In this document: positions 38,583-54,004 of the stretch, piece after piece
Numbering within the stretch: position 1 is the stretch's first letter
Layout: every line of letters begins with the position of its first letter
DNA from: Octopus bimaculoides
Lineage: Eukaryota
Length of the DNA stretch: 64,000 bases
Assembly (NCBI RefSeq): GCF_001194135.2
Contig: NC_068983.1
Span: 25,384,399-25,448,398, forward strand
Direction of reading: 5' to 3'
Notes under the pieces: generated by a model
Told to the model about the DNA's origin: nothing
Seen by the model: only the letters and a program-made list of their open reading frames with translations
The model's database searches: none
Translations under genes and position numbers: made by a program

Positions 38583-41500
38583 AATAGAATTAGTTTAATT
38601 CTTCTTTGGCTAATTCGTTACTTCACCTAATTCATCACTTCCAATTTTTTCCCAGGAATGACTAATTAGACGGATTCTACTCTATTTTTTTCTCTGAAAC
38701 TTAATATTATTTTATTTCATTCCTAAAGTATTAAGTTTTCTTAAAATAAGCCCATGGGCTTCAAGATCGACTTAAATAATTTTGCCAAAATAATTTTTTT
38801 CTGAAAATAAAAATTACTGAGGCTATACACGAAAAGAGTTTCTGAATATAAGCCCATAGGCTTAAAATCGGATGGGGTTATTGTTGGAAAACTCCAGTAA
38901 TGTCTTTATAATTTTTTTGTTTTAATAAACTATAGTAAATTTTTTAAATGTTAGTCTCGGCTGCAATATTTTAAGTACAGTAGAATCTTAATTTCAAGTA
39001 TATTTAATTTTCTTTAGAAGTAACAAATTAGGCAAGTTCTACTGTCGAAATCTTGTTCTGTTCTTTTACAAGTGTAATAACCTAAGAATATCAACATGCA
39101 TGCGCCTGCATTTTTCATTGTAGTATATATATATATATTTCCATAGCAGTACACACACATATGCATATATATATATTGAATCTTCTTTTTATGTATACTT
39201 ATATAGGAAAATAGTTATTAAACATTAACTGAAGGATCACTTAATACATGTAAATAAAAGATATATTTTTAGAAACTAAAGTTAGGTCCTCAATTTAAAA
39301 TTTCATTGGTTGGGGACACCAAAGAAAATCTAGTGGAACTAAATCCAACAATATCTTTATGGTATCGATCTTACTAGTCTCGAAGGTGCATTATTTATTT
39401 TCTCCAGGCTCACCAAGGAAAAAGAAAGAATACTACGGATAGGAATGAATTTCCCATTGTGTATTTCATTTACTTCATTTCAGTAATCTAGCTGAAAATC
39501 TTCTGAATGATAACATTTTCAAATCAGTTACTGTTTTTCTTTTGAAATAAGGCTCTCTTGATAATTATATGATTTTCCACGTACGTGCTACTGTTTTGTA
39601 TAATCAATCAATTGCATATATTTTGCCAAAAGAAAGGATTGGATATCTGCAATTATATGTTGCCTGTGTGTACTTGTGTGTATATGTGTGTGTGTGAGCG
39701 TGTGAGTGCGCGCGTGATTTCGTGTGTGTTTATCTGTATGTGTACGCGTGTGTTCGTCTTTCGTGCAGATGCATTGGTGGAAAGTCGCTGCATTTGATGA
39801 ACGTTTTTTGAAATATTTGTTCCGTAGTCAAATACAGACTATCCCTACACTCCTTTTACATTACACATCTCAGACCGCTACCTAAAAATTCTCATATCAG
39901 AAAGAGATGTACATACTTTAATACAGCGATTTTCAGCGTCCCTAAAAAAAGAACACGTAAATACAAACCCGCATGCAGATACACCCATATATATATGTAC
40001 AACATATATGTTCCTTTTTTAATGTGAAATTAAAACGTATAAACATTTAACTTAACCGTCCAGTTACTCTGGCATTTGTGTGAACATACTCCTGCTTTTG
40101 ATATTAAGTGGAAGATCATATAGCGATGACGATTATATGGAAATTTTACTAAAAGTTGTCGGTTATACACAGATGAACGACGTCTTATAATTAACAGCCT
40201 TAACAAACATCTTTAATGGTGAATAGAGAAGAGATTAGAGTCTTTTATCTAGAGTTGACGCTTCTGTGAAGTATCGACTAACAAATACGTTCTTGAAATG
40301 ATCAATGCTCAGCTTTAATTTACAAGGAAGATTCGTACTCTATTTTCCTCGTCGCTTTTAACTCAATAAAACTCTTATTCTCTTCCCCTAATGTTTAGGT
40401 GCAACATGTAAAAAGAGTTCCTTCAATTCTGTATTTCCCTTTTGAGTTTCATCTCGACGTTTGATACTCTTGATCGTTGCAAAATGTTTATCATTGTTCG
40501 TAGCTCACCACATTATAGAAAGAAACACACTACTGTCTTCGTAATTACAATTATTGGATGTAGTTCTTTTTCCTTCACAAAATAAGATCCTTTTAATTTT
40601 ACTTAGATTGCTTTCAATGTTGGTGTATCGATGCAACTCTAAATTTTGATTCCGATCAACCAATTACACATCTCGTAAATTGAAGAATCTGGCGGTATTT
40701 GAAATTAAAGTTGGGAAATTTGGGTAATATTAACCAATCAACATGGCCAAAGTATACCATGACAAAAGCATGCTTTATTGCGGTTCATTTTCAGTGCCTC
40801 AGGTTGTTCTATGTTGATTTTTCATACTTGATTCTTCACACCACGAGATTCTTTTCACTGTGTGTTTTGTTTTAATTTTTCTCTGTGTTAGTATAATACA
40901 TATTTTTCTGTGTTTCTCTGTGTTAGTATTTTTCTGTGTGTTAGTATTTTTTACATATTTTTCATTTCATATATTTTTTGGACTCATTGACTCAGATAGC
41001 TTAAGTCTATTCATAAAAATTTAAATTCGGAGTATTTCTTAAACTGCTAGCCTCATGTTTCAACAGCTAAGCTGAAATTTAGCCCACGTAACAGGAACTG
41101 AGATGGATATCGTGGAACAGATAAACTGGGTAATGCAGATAATTTGACATTGTTTTTTAATTTTGCATGCAAAAATGTGTAAGATACAGATATTATTTTC
41201 CTTGGGACAAATTCTTTGTTGACCAGTGTTATTTTTATCGCGGTTTACAAATCCAAGCATGAAAACGTTACTCAACTTTGGAGCTTTGGAGACAGACACC
41301 TCCTTCACATACACACACATGAATGCATAAAACGAAAGCATAGAAACTCAGAGTAATGATAAAAGTATATTAACCTAGTGCTTAAAATAATTATATTCTA
41401 TGGTACTTATTGTGATATTTTCTCGCGTTACCTAAATTTCGATTGGTATTAAAAATAGAGGTGGTAAATGATAAATACATTTGTATGTAATCAATTAAAA

Positions 41501-41937
41501 TACTGGATCTAAGTTTAGGGACTTGGCCATTGTTAATGTAAATAAAAAAAACAGGAAAGGGATAAGAGAAGAAGAAGAAAGCAATGTTTGTGTGCTTAAA
41601 AATACATATCAACAATAAAAGAAAATAATATATACAAAAATTAAGTAGTACAACGACAGTTAGAGATATCAAAAATTAAACCAAGGGATACTTTTGAACA
41701 ACAAAAAATACCAAATAAAGTTGAAAGGTAAAATGGTTTTCAAATGATTAATAATAAACTTTCCAATAAGCTTTGTTGAAGTCGACGCACCTAACTAGGA
41801 AGTAGATGCCTGAAAGCATTAATATATTATGAGATTAAATATAATTGAATTATAAAATAATAACTAAAAATACACAACCACACCCTCATAGTCGTACATT
41901 CATATTCTCGTTAATCTGCATACACATAGATAGACAT

Positions 41938-42317
41938 TGTGGTAAGTAGCTTGCTTACCAACCACATGGTTCCGGGTTCAGTCCCACTGCATGACATCTT
42001 GGCAAGTGTCTTCTACTATAGCCTCGGGCCGACCAAAGCCTTGTGAGTGGATTCGGTAGACGGAAACTGAAAGAAGTCTGTCGTATATATGTATATATGT
42101 GTGTGCGTATATATTTGTGTGTCTGTGTTTGTCCCCCAAACATCGCTTGACAACCGATGGTGGTGTGTTTACGTCCCCGTAACTTAGCGGTTCGGCAAAA
42201 GAGAACGATAGAATAAGTACTCGGCTAACAAAGAATAAGTCCTAGGGTCGATTTACTCGACTAAAAGCGGTGCTCCAGCATGGCCGCAGTCAAATGACTG
42301 ACACAAGTAAAAAAAAA

Positions 42318-42318
<1 letters not shown>
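41938..42318 (+). mobile_element. SINE family 1 (near complete, young)
   Basis: Collinear with 11828-12530. Confidence 0.92.
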
Positions 42319-42358
<40 letters not shown>

Positions 42359-42729
42359 ATATCAATGCAGTAGTTGTCCTAACAAGTAATGTTCGTAGCC
42401 ACTTCAAAATAGCTGTCCGTTTGAATGGACTTTAATGCGATTTTTTAATCACAAGAGATCTCTTCTAGCTGGTTAACGATGCACAGCTACATCCGAGATA
42501 TTGCGTGCAGGGGTGCGAACCCCTACAATCTTCTAGCATGGACGTGTGATCGTGGAGCTGTGGGCGTGGAGGTGTGGGCGTGCAAGGGAAGATTGGGGAT
42601 TCATTGAGAGACGTCCAATGGTATGAGAGCAATCGGCAGCCGATACCCGCATAAGCGCTTTGACAAGAACACTATATGGTCATTTTGCTCACACTATGTT
42701 TGCAAGTATTTGAGTGTGTGTGTGTGTGT

Positions 42730-42761
<32 letters not shown>

Positions 42762-43156
42762 ATGCGTGTGTGTGTACGGCCACTCACACATACACATATA
42801 AACAGCCAACACCGCACAAACACCACACACAAAAAACATACATATACACACACATAAACTTGCGCGCACGCACATATCCACACCAAAACACACACACACA
42901 CCTTCTTCTCTTAGACTCACGTGTCTTAGAAAGAACTTTTTCTTCGCCCATTCTCTTCCGGTCATTTCAAAAAATTATTTTTCTTTCGTCTTCTTACTGG
43001 ACTTTCCTATGTCTTCTGTTTCGGAAGAAGAGGTTTGCTCGTAACGTAAAACCACTTTTCTTTCCTTCTTTGAGTGTCTGCTAATATTTTACATGTACCA
43101 CATCCTAGGATTCTTGTTTTTGGTGTTAGTTCTTCGTTATAAATAGAACTGCTATT

Positions 43157-43164
<8 letters not shown>

Positions 43165-43244
<80 letters not shown>

Positions 43245-43522
43245 NNNNNNNNNNNNNNNNNNNNNNNNNNNNNNNNNNNNNNNNNNNNNNNNNNNNNNNN
43301 NNNNNNNNNNNNNNNNNNNNNNNNNNNNNNNNNNNNNNNNNNNNNNNNNNNNNNNNNNNNNNNNNNNNNNNNNNNNNNNNNNNNNNNNNNNNNNNNNNNN
43401 NNNNNNNNNNNNNNNNNNNNNNNNNNNNNNNNNNNNNNNNNNNNNNNNNNNNNNNNNNNNNNNNNNNNNNNNNNNNNNNNNNNNNNNNNNNNNNNNNNNN
43501 NNNNNNNNNNNNNNNNNNNNNN

Positions 43523-43587
<65 letters not shown>

Positions 43588-43600
43588 TATACATATGCAT
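43165..43600. repeat. (CA)n-gap-(TA)n microsatellite
   Basis: Direct read. Confidence 0.95.
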
Positions 43601-44721
43601 ATATATGTATATACACACATATCTATATACATATATGTATACACATACACATACACGCACATACATACATATATGTAGATAAATAAATCTTTCTGTGCTG
43701 TCTTTAAAGTGAGAGCGTATGCATGGAGATATATATTCATATTTAAGGCATCTATTTTTGTATGAAAATTTCGTTTTAACCCTGCACTTTAAGCACTCTC
43801 CTGCATATATTTATGACTACCGCTACAAACACGCACGTGCATATTCAGGCCCACAAGCAGACATTTCAGAAAGCATATACGTACGCATACACGCAAGCAG
43901 GCAGATACAGTTACAGACAATGCACGTACATAGATACACATGCAAACGCAAAAACTCTAACGCTCAATCGTATATAAACAGCGAGCTATACACACACATA
44001 AGGCAAAGAACAAAATCTTTACACCATTTAAAGTAAGGTAGCGCTTTACCAGCTTAATGCATAAAGTACTACAATACAAATACAAACTTACACGCACAGC
44101 TCCTGGGGTTAATCTTTAGGTAGGTGAACTCTCTCTGCAGAAATCTAGCCGTGTGTCACAATTTGTTATGGAAGTCAGCCAAACTACTTTACTGCAGTAT
44201 CGAAAGCCAGCCAAAAACTTTATTTTAATTTCTCATATTTTCCTGTCTATGGTTCGTATTCCTTGACCTTGCACTCTGCCAGCATAAAATATCCAGAAGA
44301 AGTCCGATAATCTTATCACGATGGCAAGTATTTCTTTACAGATAACAAATTCATAGACATGTCATTGTAGCCGCTGTTTAAACATACGAAGAACATACGA
44401 AGTAAAACAAACTCGAGTGATATTTTGAAAAGTTGCATTGTGTCTGTACTTTCGCCATACGTTCTCAAATGTAGAACTAAATCGCAACAGATCTTTACTA
44501 AAAATGAATTAAGATAGTAATTTTTAATTCTTTCGATTCCAACATACTATCAAGATACAATTATTCATCCTATTCGAGCAAAGAGCATAATAGAATCTAG
44601 TCCTGAAAATGCACAACATATGATTTACCAAAATGAAACTCACAGTCTTTTGAAAATAAGTTGAAATGAATATTCTTATTATAAAATGTTGATCTTCTCG
44701 CAGTTGCAACTGATTCATTAA

Positions 44722-44937
44722 TATTGGTTTTTAATCTTGGCACAAGGCCAGCAGGTTTGGGTTAGTGGGAAAGTCGATTACTTCGACTACAGTAATCAAC
44801 TAGTCCTTAATTTATCGAAACAGAAATGATGAAGGGCAAAATCAACCTCGGCGGAATTCAAACTCAGGACATAAAGACGGATTAAATCCGCTAAACATTT
44901 TACCCTGCATCCTAACGATTTTGCCAACTCGCCGCTT
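44722..44937 (-). mobile_element. SINE family 2
   Basis: Reverse complement of the family 2 sequence seen in the other copies; ends GCCAACTCGCCGCTT. Confidence 0.85.
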
Positions 44938-45774
44938 TTGCTTATTTATCAAGTTGCTTTTGTTATACGGTGATACTACACACGTATTTGTTTGACCACA
45001 TCCAGGGAAGGTTAGCCTAATAACTAGCATTAAGTCACTTTCAGAGAAATACCGGCCGCTGGTTTACACGTGTACCGTCTCCCCTTTCAGGCCGGAATCT
45101 TACTATCACCACTTCCCAATCAGACATTACTGACCCACACATCACCTTTCTTCAATCATCTTTTATTCTGTCTAACACATCAGACCCCATATTAATCACT
45201 ATGCTCGATTCTTCAGTCTCAGATCATCGGCACTCTGGTATTCTGCCTGCCGATAGCTTTTTTCACACGTGCTGAATTACAAAGTCTCGAGAGGAAACAT
45301 TAATGTCATTAATCCGTTGAGTCTATGTGGCACAGCAAAGGCCACAGTGATGCCCTCATTCTTCATACCCATACAATAAGTAAAATGAATTAAAAAACAT
45401 TTCTTTAAACAATAATTGTAAAATTACTGAGGTGACCTCAATTGATTTGGGTGATGATATATATTTTTTGTAAACATAACTTCCATTCATGTACGATTTC
45501 AAATAAGCAAATTTTTGATTGAAATGCTTTTATATTCAATTGGATATCTATATTTATCTCTATCAATAGAAAGTAATCTCTTTACAAATGATAACCTACT
45601 TTGATTTATTAAGAAAGTGACAGCAACTGCTCTATTGATATATTTACTAATGATAAAAGTTTGTGTGTATGTGGCTATATACATACAAGTTTATACACAC
45701 ATACAGATACATACACACACACATATATATATATATATACGTGTGCATATATATGTGCATATATATACACACGC

Positions 45775-45836
<62 letters not shown>

Positions 45837-46011
45837 NNNNNNNNNNNNNNNNNNNNNNNNNNNNNNNNNNNNNNNNNNNNNNNNNNNNNNNNNNNNNNNN
45901 NNNNNNNNNNNNNNNNNNNNNNNNNNNNNNNNNNNNNNNNNNNNNNNNNNNNNNNNNNNNNNNNNNNNNNNNNNNNNNCATATATACATACAAACACACA
46001 AAAATCACACA

Positions 46012-46046
<35 letters not shown>

Positions 46047-46272
46047 TCTACCAATACAGCATGAAAAGTAGGAAATATTAATTTCATTATATACTGCTAT
46101 ATATTTAAATGTTTAAAGCATCTCGAAATATAATAACCAGTTAATAGTCAGTTCACGAGCATTAGAACAATTTTAGTTTGTCTCCATTTGTTCTGAGAAT
46201 TGGTCGTAAATTTCTGCTATTGACACATAGCAAACATTCAAATAATCTTCAAAATAACTGTACTTTGATATA

Positions 46273-47727
46273 CGGGGTGCATTCCAGAGGATTTGAGACT
46301 TTTATTTTAGGAGAGGCAGTTATAACTACCCTAGATTTTTGAAATTTTGCTGTATCTTTACTATACATTTAATAAACCGACCTGCCAACTATTTATTCCA
46401 GAGTGAAGAATACGGCTGCATTAGTACTTTCAAAACACCCTTCTCGACTAGTTTGCAGATTGCAGTTGGGACACGAAGGCAATATGTAGCTTGTAATTCA
46501 GTAAAGTTTTGTGTTATTCAGGGCAGAAACGTTACAGAAATTTGAAATGCTCCGGACTTCACATGGATTAACTTGTTTGAGCTGGGCATCGATTTTTCAT
46601 TCCCACAAGAAGTTCCAAGGCGGTAGAAATGAGGTGAGAGTCGATGAAATGAGTGGGAGTAAGAGATACGTTAGAACATCAGATCTGGTTGAAAAAAGGC
46701 GCCATTCTCTGGATGTAAATCGTCAAATCTCTATAAAGACAGTAAACACATTTTGGAGTCGGTATGGAAGCTGCACACAGAGATAAGGATGAACATTTCA
46801 ACATGCACAAAATTTGTAGAAAGTTTGTTCCTAGGGTGCTCAGGGACGAGCAGAAAGAAAGACGCGCTGGTAACAGTTGGGAGATGCTTGACATCATTAC
46901 CTCCATTTGAAGAGAACTTGAGTTCCAGGTGACCAGTGACGAAATGTAGAACAACAGTTATGTTCGAAAGTCTGAGTGCTCAGATTAAGTATTCTAGCTT
47001 CCCCCGACCCAAGACGGCGAGGTAAAGCAAGTCCATCTCCTAGCTAGTGATGATACACCTTTTTGACAGCAAGGGCATCGTCTACATCTACTGGGTTCCC
47101 ACAAGCCAGACGGACAACCAAGAGTATTTTGTGGACGTTTTGACGGAGATCAGGAAGAGAGCCGCGCTCTTCCTTTTGGGTCGATGGTGCCTATACCAGG
47201 ACAATGTACCAGTCCACAATTTCATCCTTGTAGCTTTAAAATTCTAGCAGCCCAGGACTTGCTCTCTATGAATTTAGGTTGTCGAAGCTGTAGAAGATAA
47301 AAGTGACTGTGACACGGGTCCTGAACATCTTCACTTTGGAAGACATCCTTGGGGTCTTCAAAACGTGACGGGATGGCTGCAAGTTCACTGGAATCACAGG
47401 TTCTTTGAGAGAAATTAGAGTTCTGTACTTCTTTCAAATTAATAAGTGTCTCTCCTTGAAGCGGTGATCTGGCGGATTTTTTTTCCCGTCGGGCAAAATG
47501 CTTAGCGGCATTTCGTCCTCGTTACGTTCTGGGTTCAAATTTCGCTGCGGCCGACTTTGCTTTTCATACTTGGCGGGGAGGGGATGTAAATAAAATACGT
47601 ACGAGTTGAACATTCGGGTCGATGTAATCAACTTACCCCTCCCTAAATTTGCTGGCCTAGTACCAACATTTTAAAGCAACAAATGTCTCTCCAGAAAAAG
47701 TTCAAATCTACTGAAATATATCTTTTA
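46273..47727 (+). mobile_element. Near full-length decayed mariner element
   Basis: TA+CGGGGTGCATTCC 5' end; KFCV..GRNVTEI / KICRKFVPRVL..EQKERR / VTSDE / FDSKGIV..WVP..T.NQEY / YQDNVPVH motifs; degenerate 3' TIR at ~47695-47727. Confidence 0.88.
47456..47683 (+). mobile_element. SINE family 2 nested in the mariner 3' end
   Basis: Family 2 body flanked by the 9-bp TSD TGTCTCTCC (47447-47455, 47684-47692). Confidence 0.82.
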
Positions 47728-49356
47728 CAACTCGCTGTATTGTGTTAGAGAACGCTAGAATTTAGAAATCAGTTGCACCGCATAGCTAGTAAAGAATAAC
47801 AGTTAATTTCTTGAATTGTTTGTACTGAAGTTAAAATTTTATCGGGGATTAAGTAACACAAACATTTTGCTTGATTTTAATGACGAACTAAATATGCATA
47901 TGACATTGTAATTATGGATTATCAGAAACTCAATGAAATTATACTTTGAATTACTGAACTGTTTAAACACTATTTATAAATTAGGTTTAGATGTTTTTAT
48001 AACATAGATATAGCAATGGATGATGGTTTTATCTTTTGCTCGAGAAGAATAAAGCCTTATGATTATTTCAATGAATCTTAGAACTGGAAAATTGCGGTAA
48101 ATGTGATAGCGTTCTTCAGGAAGATAAATTATGCGATAAATGAAATATTGCAGAAATATTTTTTTCAAAACAGTATTTCACAGGCTTCAGTAAATATTGT
48201 TCAAGGCTGTGTAAGAAACAAGCAATGTGAAAGGCTGAATGCTGGAAAGATAAAGCTGAATAAAGAAAAGTCCGTTTAAAAACCAAAATAAAAGTCAGAT
48301 AATAGGCACAGCTTCGCAGAAACCTTGAGGTCAGATTATGTGAATCTGAGCATCATTATCTACTGCACTTATTTTCGTAGGAGATGCCTCATTTAGAACG
48401 TGTGTGTATGTGTGCGTGAATAATATTTAACAGTATGAATATATGCCCACGCAGATTCAGGTACTATCAGAGAGAATATTTTTATTTTTATGATAAATAT
48501 ACGTTCATTTAGAGTTGAATTACTACATGATTCTCTAGAGATATATTTTAACCAGAACAATTTAAGAATTATCCGTTAAGAAAATTTTCTTATGAAATTA
48601 ATGTATTTGAATAAAATATATAGATTTTGCGATATGGTCGCGAATATTTTTATTCGTGATTTCCATGATTATTTACCATCAAAAGTAATTCATTTTTTTT
48701 TTAAAACCCAAGTTGAAAGTATATATCTGTTATTCATATTCTATTTTTGGACTGTAGTGCATTAATTTTTAACTTGAATTTATAGAGAACACGATAACTA
48801 AACTTTTGTGTAATCCAGCAGGTAAAGGTTCTTCTCAGTGAGTTTTGATCACGAGAAACATCCAGCGGAAGACGCTGGTCTATATTTTCATATCACGTTG
48901 ACTGTTAAATTGCCAATATATAAAAAAAATTAGTAGCAACACTTGATCGAATTCCACGGTTATTTTTGGTACTATAAAGATTGGTGGAATTTTGTAGTAA
49001 ATCATGAAATACATAATTTCTTTTGAATTACGTTTCTTTCATGATGCGTTTAATACTTTAGATAGTGAAAAGTTCAAATACCTAATACTCAAGAGATTCC
49101 TTGATATACTCTCCGCAGCTATTCTATCTTGGGAGTTGTCTATTATTTTTTCCCTTTGCCTTAGAAAGTTAACCTAAAAGATAGATCTATCTCATAATTC
49201 TACTAGTGTACGACAACGTTACTACAACAAATTTAATGCACTGCACTGAAAATTTATTTCCATATTAGGCAATAAACGCACATGGTTTGATTTCAACCCA
49301 CCGTCCCAGTGAACGATGTGTTACGTAACAGCTGTACAGATTCTACGGAAATAACT

Positions 49357-49402
<46 letters not shown>

Positions 49403-49447
49403 TGAGTGTATGTGTTGTATGTAGGTGTCTGTGTGTCTATGTATGTA

Positions 49448-49722
49448 TTGAAGGTGAGTTCAAAAGATATCTAACTTTATTTTTTTTTCGCCAGCAGAGT
49501 GGTTCAGTTTACGGCTTGGTGAGGTCCGCGATCGTTGGATTTCCGTTTTCACACATGAAGACATAACACATGGAGCAGAGGTATCGGATCAAATTATTCT
49601 CAAAAGCTTCGTTGTATTCATGATCAAACAATTCAGAAAATTCAGCAGGCCTTTGGTGATACTGCCATGGGCAAAACTGAGATCAAGGAATGTTACAAAC
49701 ACTTCAAGCATTGCCCCACACC
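49448..49722 (+). mobile_element. Mariner 5' fragment (different family)
   Basis: MEQRYRIK..IQKIQQAFGDTAMGKTEIKECYKHFK (HTH); TA-flanked TIR-like start. Confidence 0.8.
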
Positions 49723-50662
49723 TTGAAGCCAATATATAACAAGATTCAAGTTAGTGGAATTGTTAGTTTATCATTCAACGTACCTCAAATCTGGAAGTCA
49801 ATATTACATTTAATCCATTTCAAGTCACATGTAATACCGCTAAAATATTAGTGCTAATTATATCGAATACTCTTTTCCTTCTTTTCTCAGCCATGTATCT
49901 TACAAAGTATTATTTTTATAATACATTAGACAACATAATTTTCAAATGCACTTTCATATACGTTGATCTCGCCGTTAACCTATAGCATATAGAATTAATA
50001 GATACACAACACAATGGTATTTTTTTTTTTTAAACCGGGTACATTCTTTTATCGGGAAACTGAAACTCGGCAAAACATTTTCAGTCTTACCGAAACAATT
50101 ATGTTCAATTCACTAAAAGTTATCAAAATGATAACGGACCGAAAATTTTATATGAAAATAAAAATACCTACTATAAAATTAATAATGTTAATATTGAATT
50201 ATAATGTCGCAAAAATTCTCCTAATTTCATTATTATTCTGCCGTCTGTGCTGATATCAATAGACGTGTGAGTAGACAACGTACTGGACAATACACATACA
50301 TAATATTTCTGTAATATGTATTTGGTTAGCTAATGTAGTTATAATGCAGCACAACAGTATTTCAATGAGAAATTTACTTTCATTAGATCTTTTACGAATA
50401 TTTATTATTGATTATCTTGTTACATAAACGCTTGGATGTCGCCAGTTGCATACATTTTGCCTCCTTCGCGTTATTTTTCTGCTAACACATTAATTATGAT
50501 AGACATAACATTTTGCTTTTCTTTTAATATACGTTGGTGGAGGGATTTGCAAAGGGTAGGGTAGCGGTCTGGTAACCTATGAACGGCCTCGTAACCTTCA
50601 CGATTAATAGCATAAATACATACACGCAAACACACACACACTCGCGCGCGCATAATTCATAC

Positions 50663-50704
<42 letters not shown>

Positions 50705-50909
50705 GGATATGAATTTACAGGTATATACATATATATGTCCTGCAGTGGATTTATTTGACTAAAAACACTTCTAGACAGTGGCCCAGCATTGATAAAGTCA
50801 ATATATATATATATATATATATTTGCCTTTATGGTACTTTTACACATGCTAGCCACTGATACTATACATTTTTAACATTAATATCCCTCTCTCTCTCTCT
50901 TACTATATA

Positions 50910-50971
<62 letters not shown>

Positions 50972-51383
50972 TGTGTGTGTGTGTATGTGTGCGTGTGTGC
51001 GTGTGCCTGCGTACGTGTGCGTGTGGTGTGTACCTTAGTGTTTGCATTTGTCCCGTCCACCACTTGACAACCTGTGTTGGGTTGTTTACGTTCCGATAAA
51101 TTAATCGTGCGACAAAATATAGCGAAGGTATCATTATCAGACTTATAAATTAAGTACCGACACGAATTTATCGCTAAAATAGGGAGAATCTCATACATAC
51201 ATTCGGGGCATCCAATATGCAATCCACTCCAACTCTGACAAAGCAAATCAAACACTTTTCCACAGTTTTTTGTTGCAAGCAAATTAAGTACCATTTGCAT
51301 ACTGGGGCTGATCTAATCAACTGGCCCCTCCTCCAAAATTTCAGGCCTTGTACTTATAGTTGAAAGAATAATTATTATCATAA

Positions 51384-51693
<310 letters not shown>

Positions 51694-51869
51694 NNNNNNN
51701 NNNNNNNNNNNNNNNNNNNNNNNNNNNNNNNNNNNNNNNNNNNNNNNNNNNNNNNNNNNNNNNNNNNNNNNNNNNNNNNNNNNNNNNNNNNNNNNNNNNN
51801 NNNNNNNNNNNNNNNNNNNNNNNNNNNNNNNNNNNNNNNNNNNNNNNNNNNNNNNNNNNNNNNNNNNNN

Positions 51870-52135
<266 letters not shown>

Positions 52136-52136
52136 C

Positions 52137-52278
52137 TCAATACATGGTTATGATGCGTCCCGACTACTTCTGCTCATGATCAGAAATGCACATGTCGTCA
52201 GCCACCAAGGGACATGCTCAACTGGTTAAGATCAAACCACTGACAAGCAAATCTGTGGTCTTAAGCAAAATATTTGCT
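52137..52278 (+). mobile_element. Fragment of another dispersed retroposon-like repeat, then (ATT)n 52279-52370
   Basis: Recognised from memory as a common octopus repeat (cagccac.aagggacatgctcaactgg); single copy in this window. Confidence 0.4.
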
Positions 52279-52285
52279 ATTATTA

Positions 52286-52346
<61 letters not shown>

Positions 52347-53969
52347 TATTATTATTATTGTTATTATATATTTAATAAATAGCTGTATAAAAGCAAAGGG
52401 CAGCATAGTTTCACATGAGTTTATGTTGAAATCTTTCCAGCAGTGGTTGTGTATATTTTAAACTCTGAAGGAAAAATAATGTAGCATATTATTTCTTTCA
52501 TATTAGTGTAATCCTAGGATTTAGCATTCCTGTTCAGTGAAATGCAATTTCAACACCGCAGGAATCGCTAATTGAGTTATTGCTGCTGTAACATATGTCC
52601 ATTATCCAGTGAGATAAACTTACAATACACAGTTCTCAATAATCAAACCTACAACGCATATTATAGAGCGAGACGTTAAACTCAGGATTTCCCATTTACC
52701 ACACTTTAAAATGGATGTTTATATGAATCAACGATTACCCCATGAAATATCTAAGTTTCTCTCCTTTATTAATTTATGTATTTAAACGAGTATTGGCTGT
52801 GTCTATGAATAAGTAATGTCATATATTAAATCTGAAATTATTTAGTAATTCCAGAAGAAGAATTTATTGAAAGTGTCTAATGTAATTTACACGCATTAGT
52901 TGCGTTAAATACTAACATATTTGAATCGTTTTGTAATAAAAGACAGATTTCACTTTCCTTTAAGTTTTCTTCCTTGTAAATTTTGGCAAACATTCTATAA
53001 TTAGAAGAGGTTCGAATTTATTATGACTTTCTCGGAGACAGTTTGCCAAATGAATTCAGTAAATTTGTTAACCGTAGAAAGTCCAACCAAACATTCTTTT
53101 TATTATATTTTAACTTTCCGTTTGAAGCAACACACTAAACTATCCCACCCACTTGATACGATAGAACTAATCATTAAACTTTTCTTACTTTGCCAAGCAA
53201 TTAAAATGAAAATGTTTTCGCTGTAATAAACAAATTCCATTAATTTATAGAGAAAGTGCGTAGTAAGCTGAAATCATTTGGCGATATCCTACCAACGTCT
53301 TGCAGCCTTATACACTACATGTCTCCTATTCTGTTTTTGCTTCTTTTCTCTCAGAGGAATAACTAGAATATGTCATTCATGCAGATATGTGTATTTCGTC
53401 TTTAATTAATTATCAGGATATTATCAACAATTTGTTATCTGTTTCATCAATATTCTAATTATAATTGATTGAACATACAAAAGCCCACGTGGATCAAAAC
53501 ATATACGCTAAACATATTATTGTTGACACTGTTTCTTTTAAAGAAAACTATGACTACAGAAAATTGAAAACAGATATGTTGCTTGAATAAGAAACCAATT
53601 CTTCGATACCATAATAAAGTAAATGTTTTATAATCCACCCGGAAAAGTAAATGTTTTATAATTTACTCACTAGACTTCAAATGTATTCTACACAATTAAT
53701 ACAAATGTATTACCACATAGCTCTGAGACTGGCAATGCTACACTTTCGAACGATAAATGCAGCAATTGAGCGATTCTCAAGTATAAGAAATATAAGGTTA
53801 TTCAGCGGAATTGATTTGCATTCCCTATTTAGGATGGTAGACGATAGACCAATCAACTTGAGTGTATTATTTACACTCAAGTTCCATCTAACCGTGTCCA
53901 ATGCAGTGCATTCTGTGTCAGTAATCATCCCTCCACACATGCATAATAAGATATACACGAATATCTACA

Positions 53970-54004
<35 letters not shown>

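Noticed and set aside
44110-44125. Plus-strand TTTAG|GTAGGT as a recursive site
   Set aside because: Pyrimidine tract too short.
45110-45240. FILSNTSDPILITMLDSSVSDHR, resembling a LINE APE endonuclease end
   Set aside because: Only the SDH motif supports it; too short to call.
48862-48878. CCAGCG-gaaga-CGCTGG hairpin as a Helitron 3' end or terminator
   Set aside because: No CTRR terminus at the expected spacing, and rho-independent terminators do not apply to this eukaryotic DNA.
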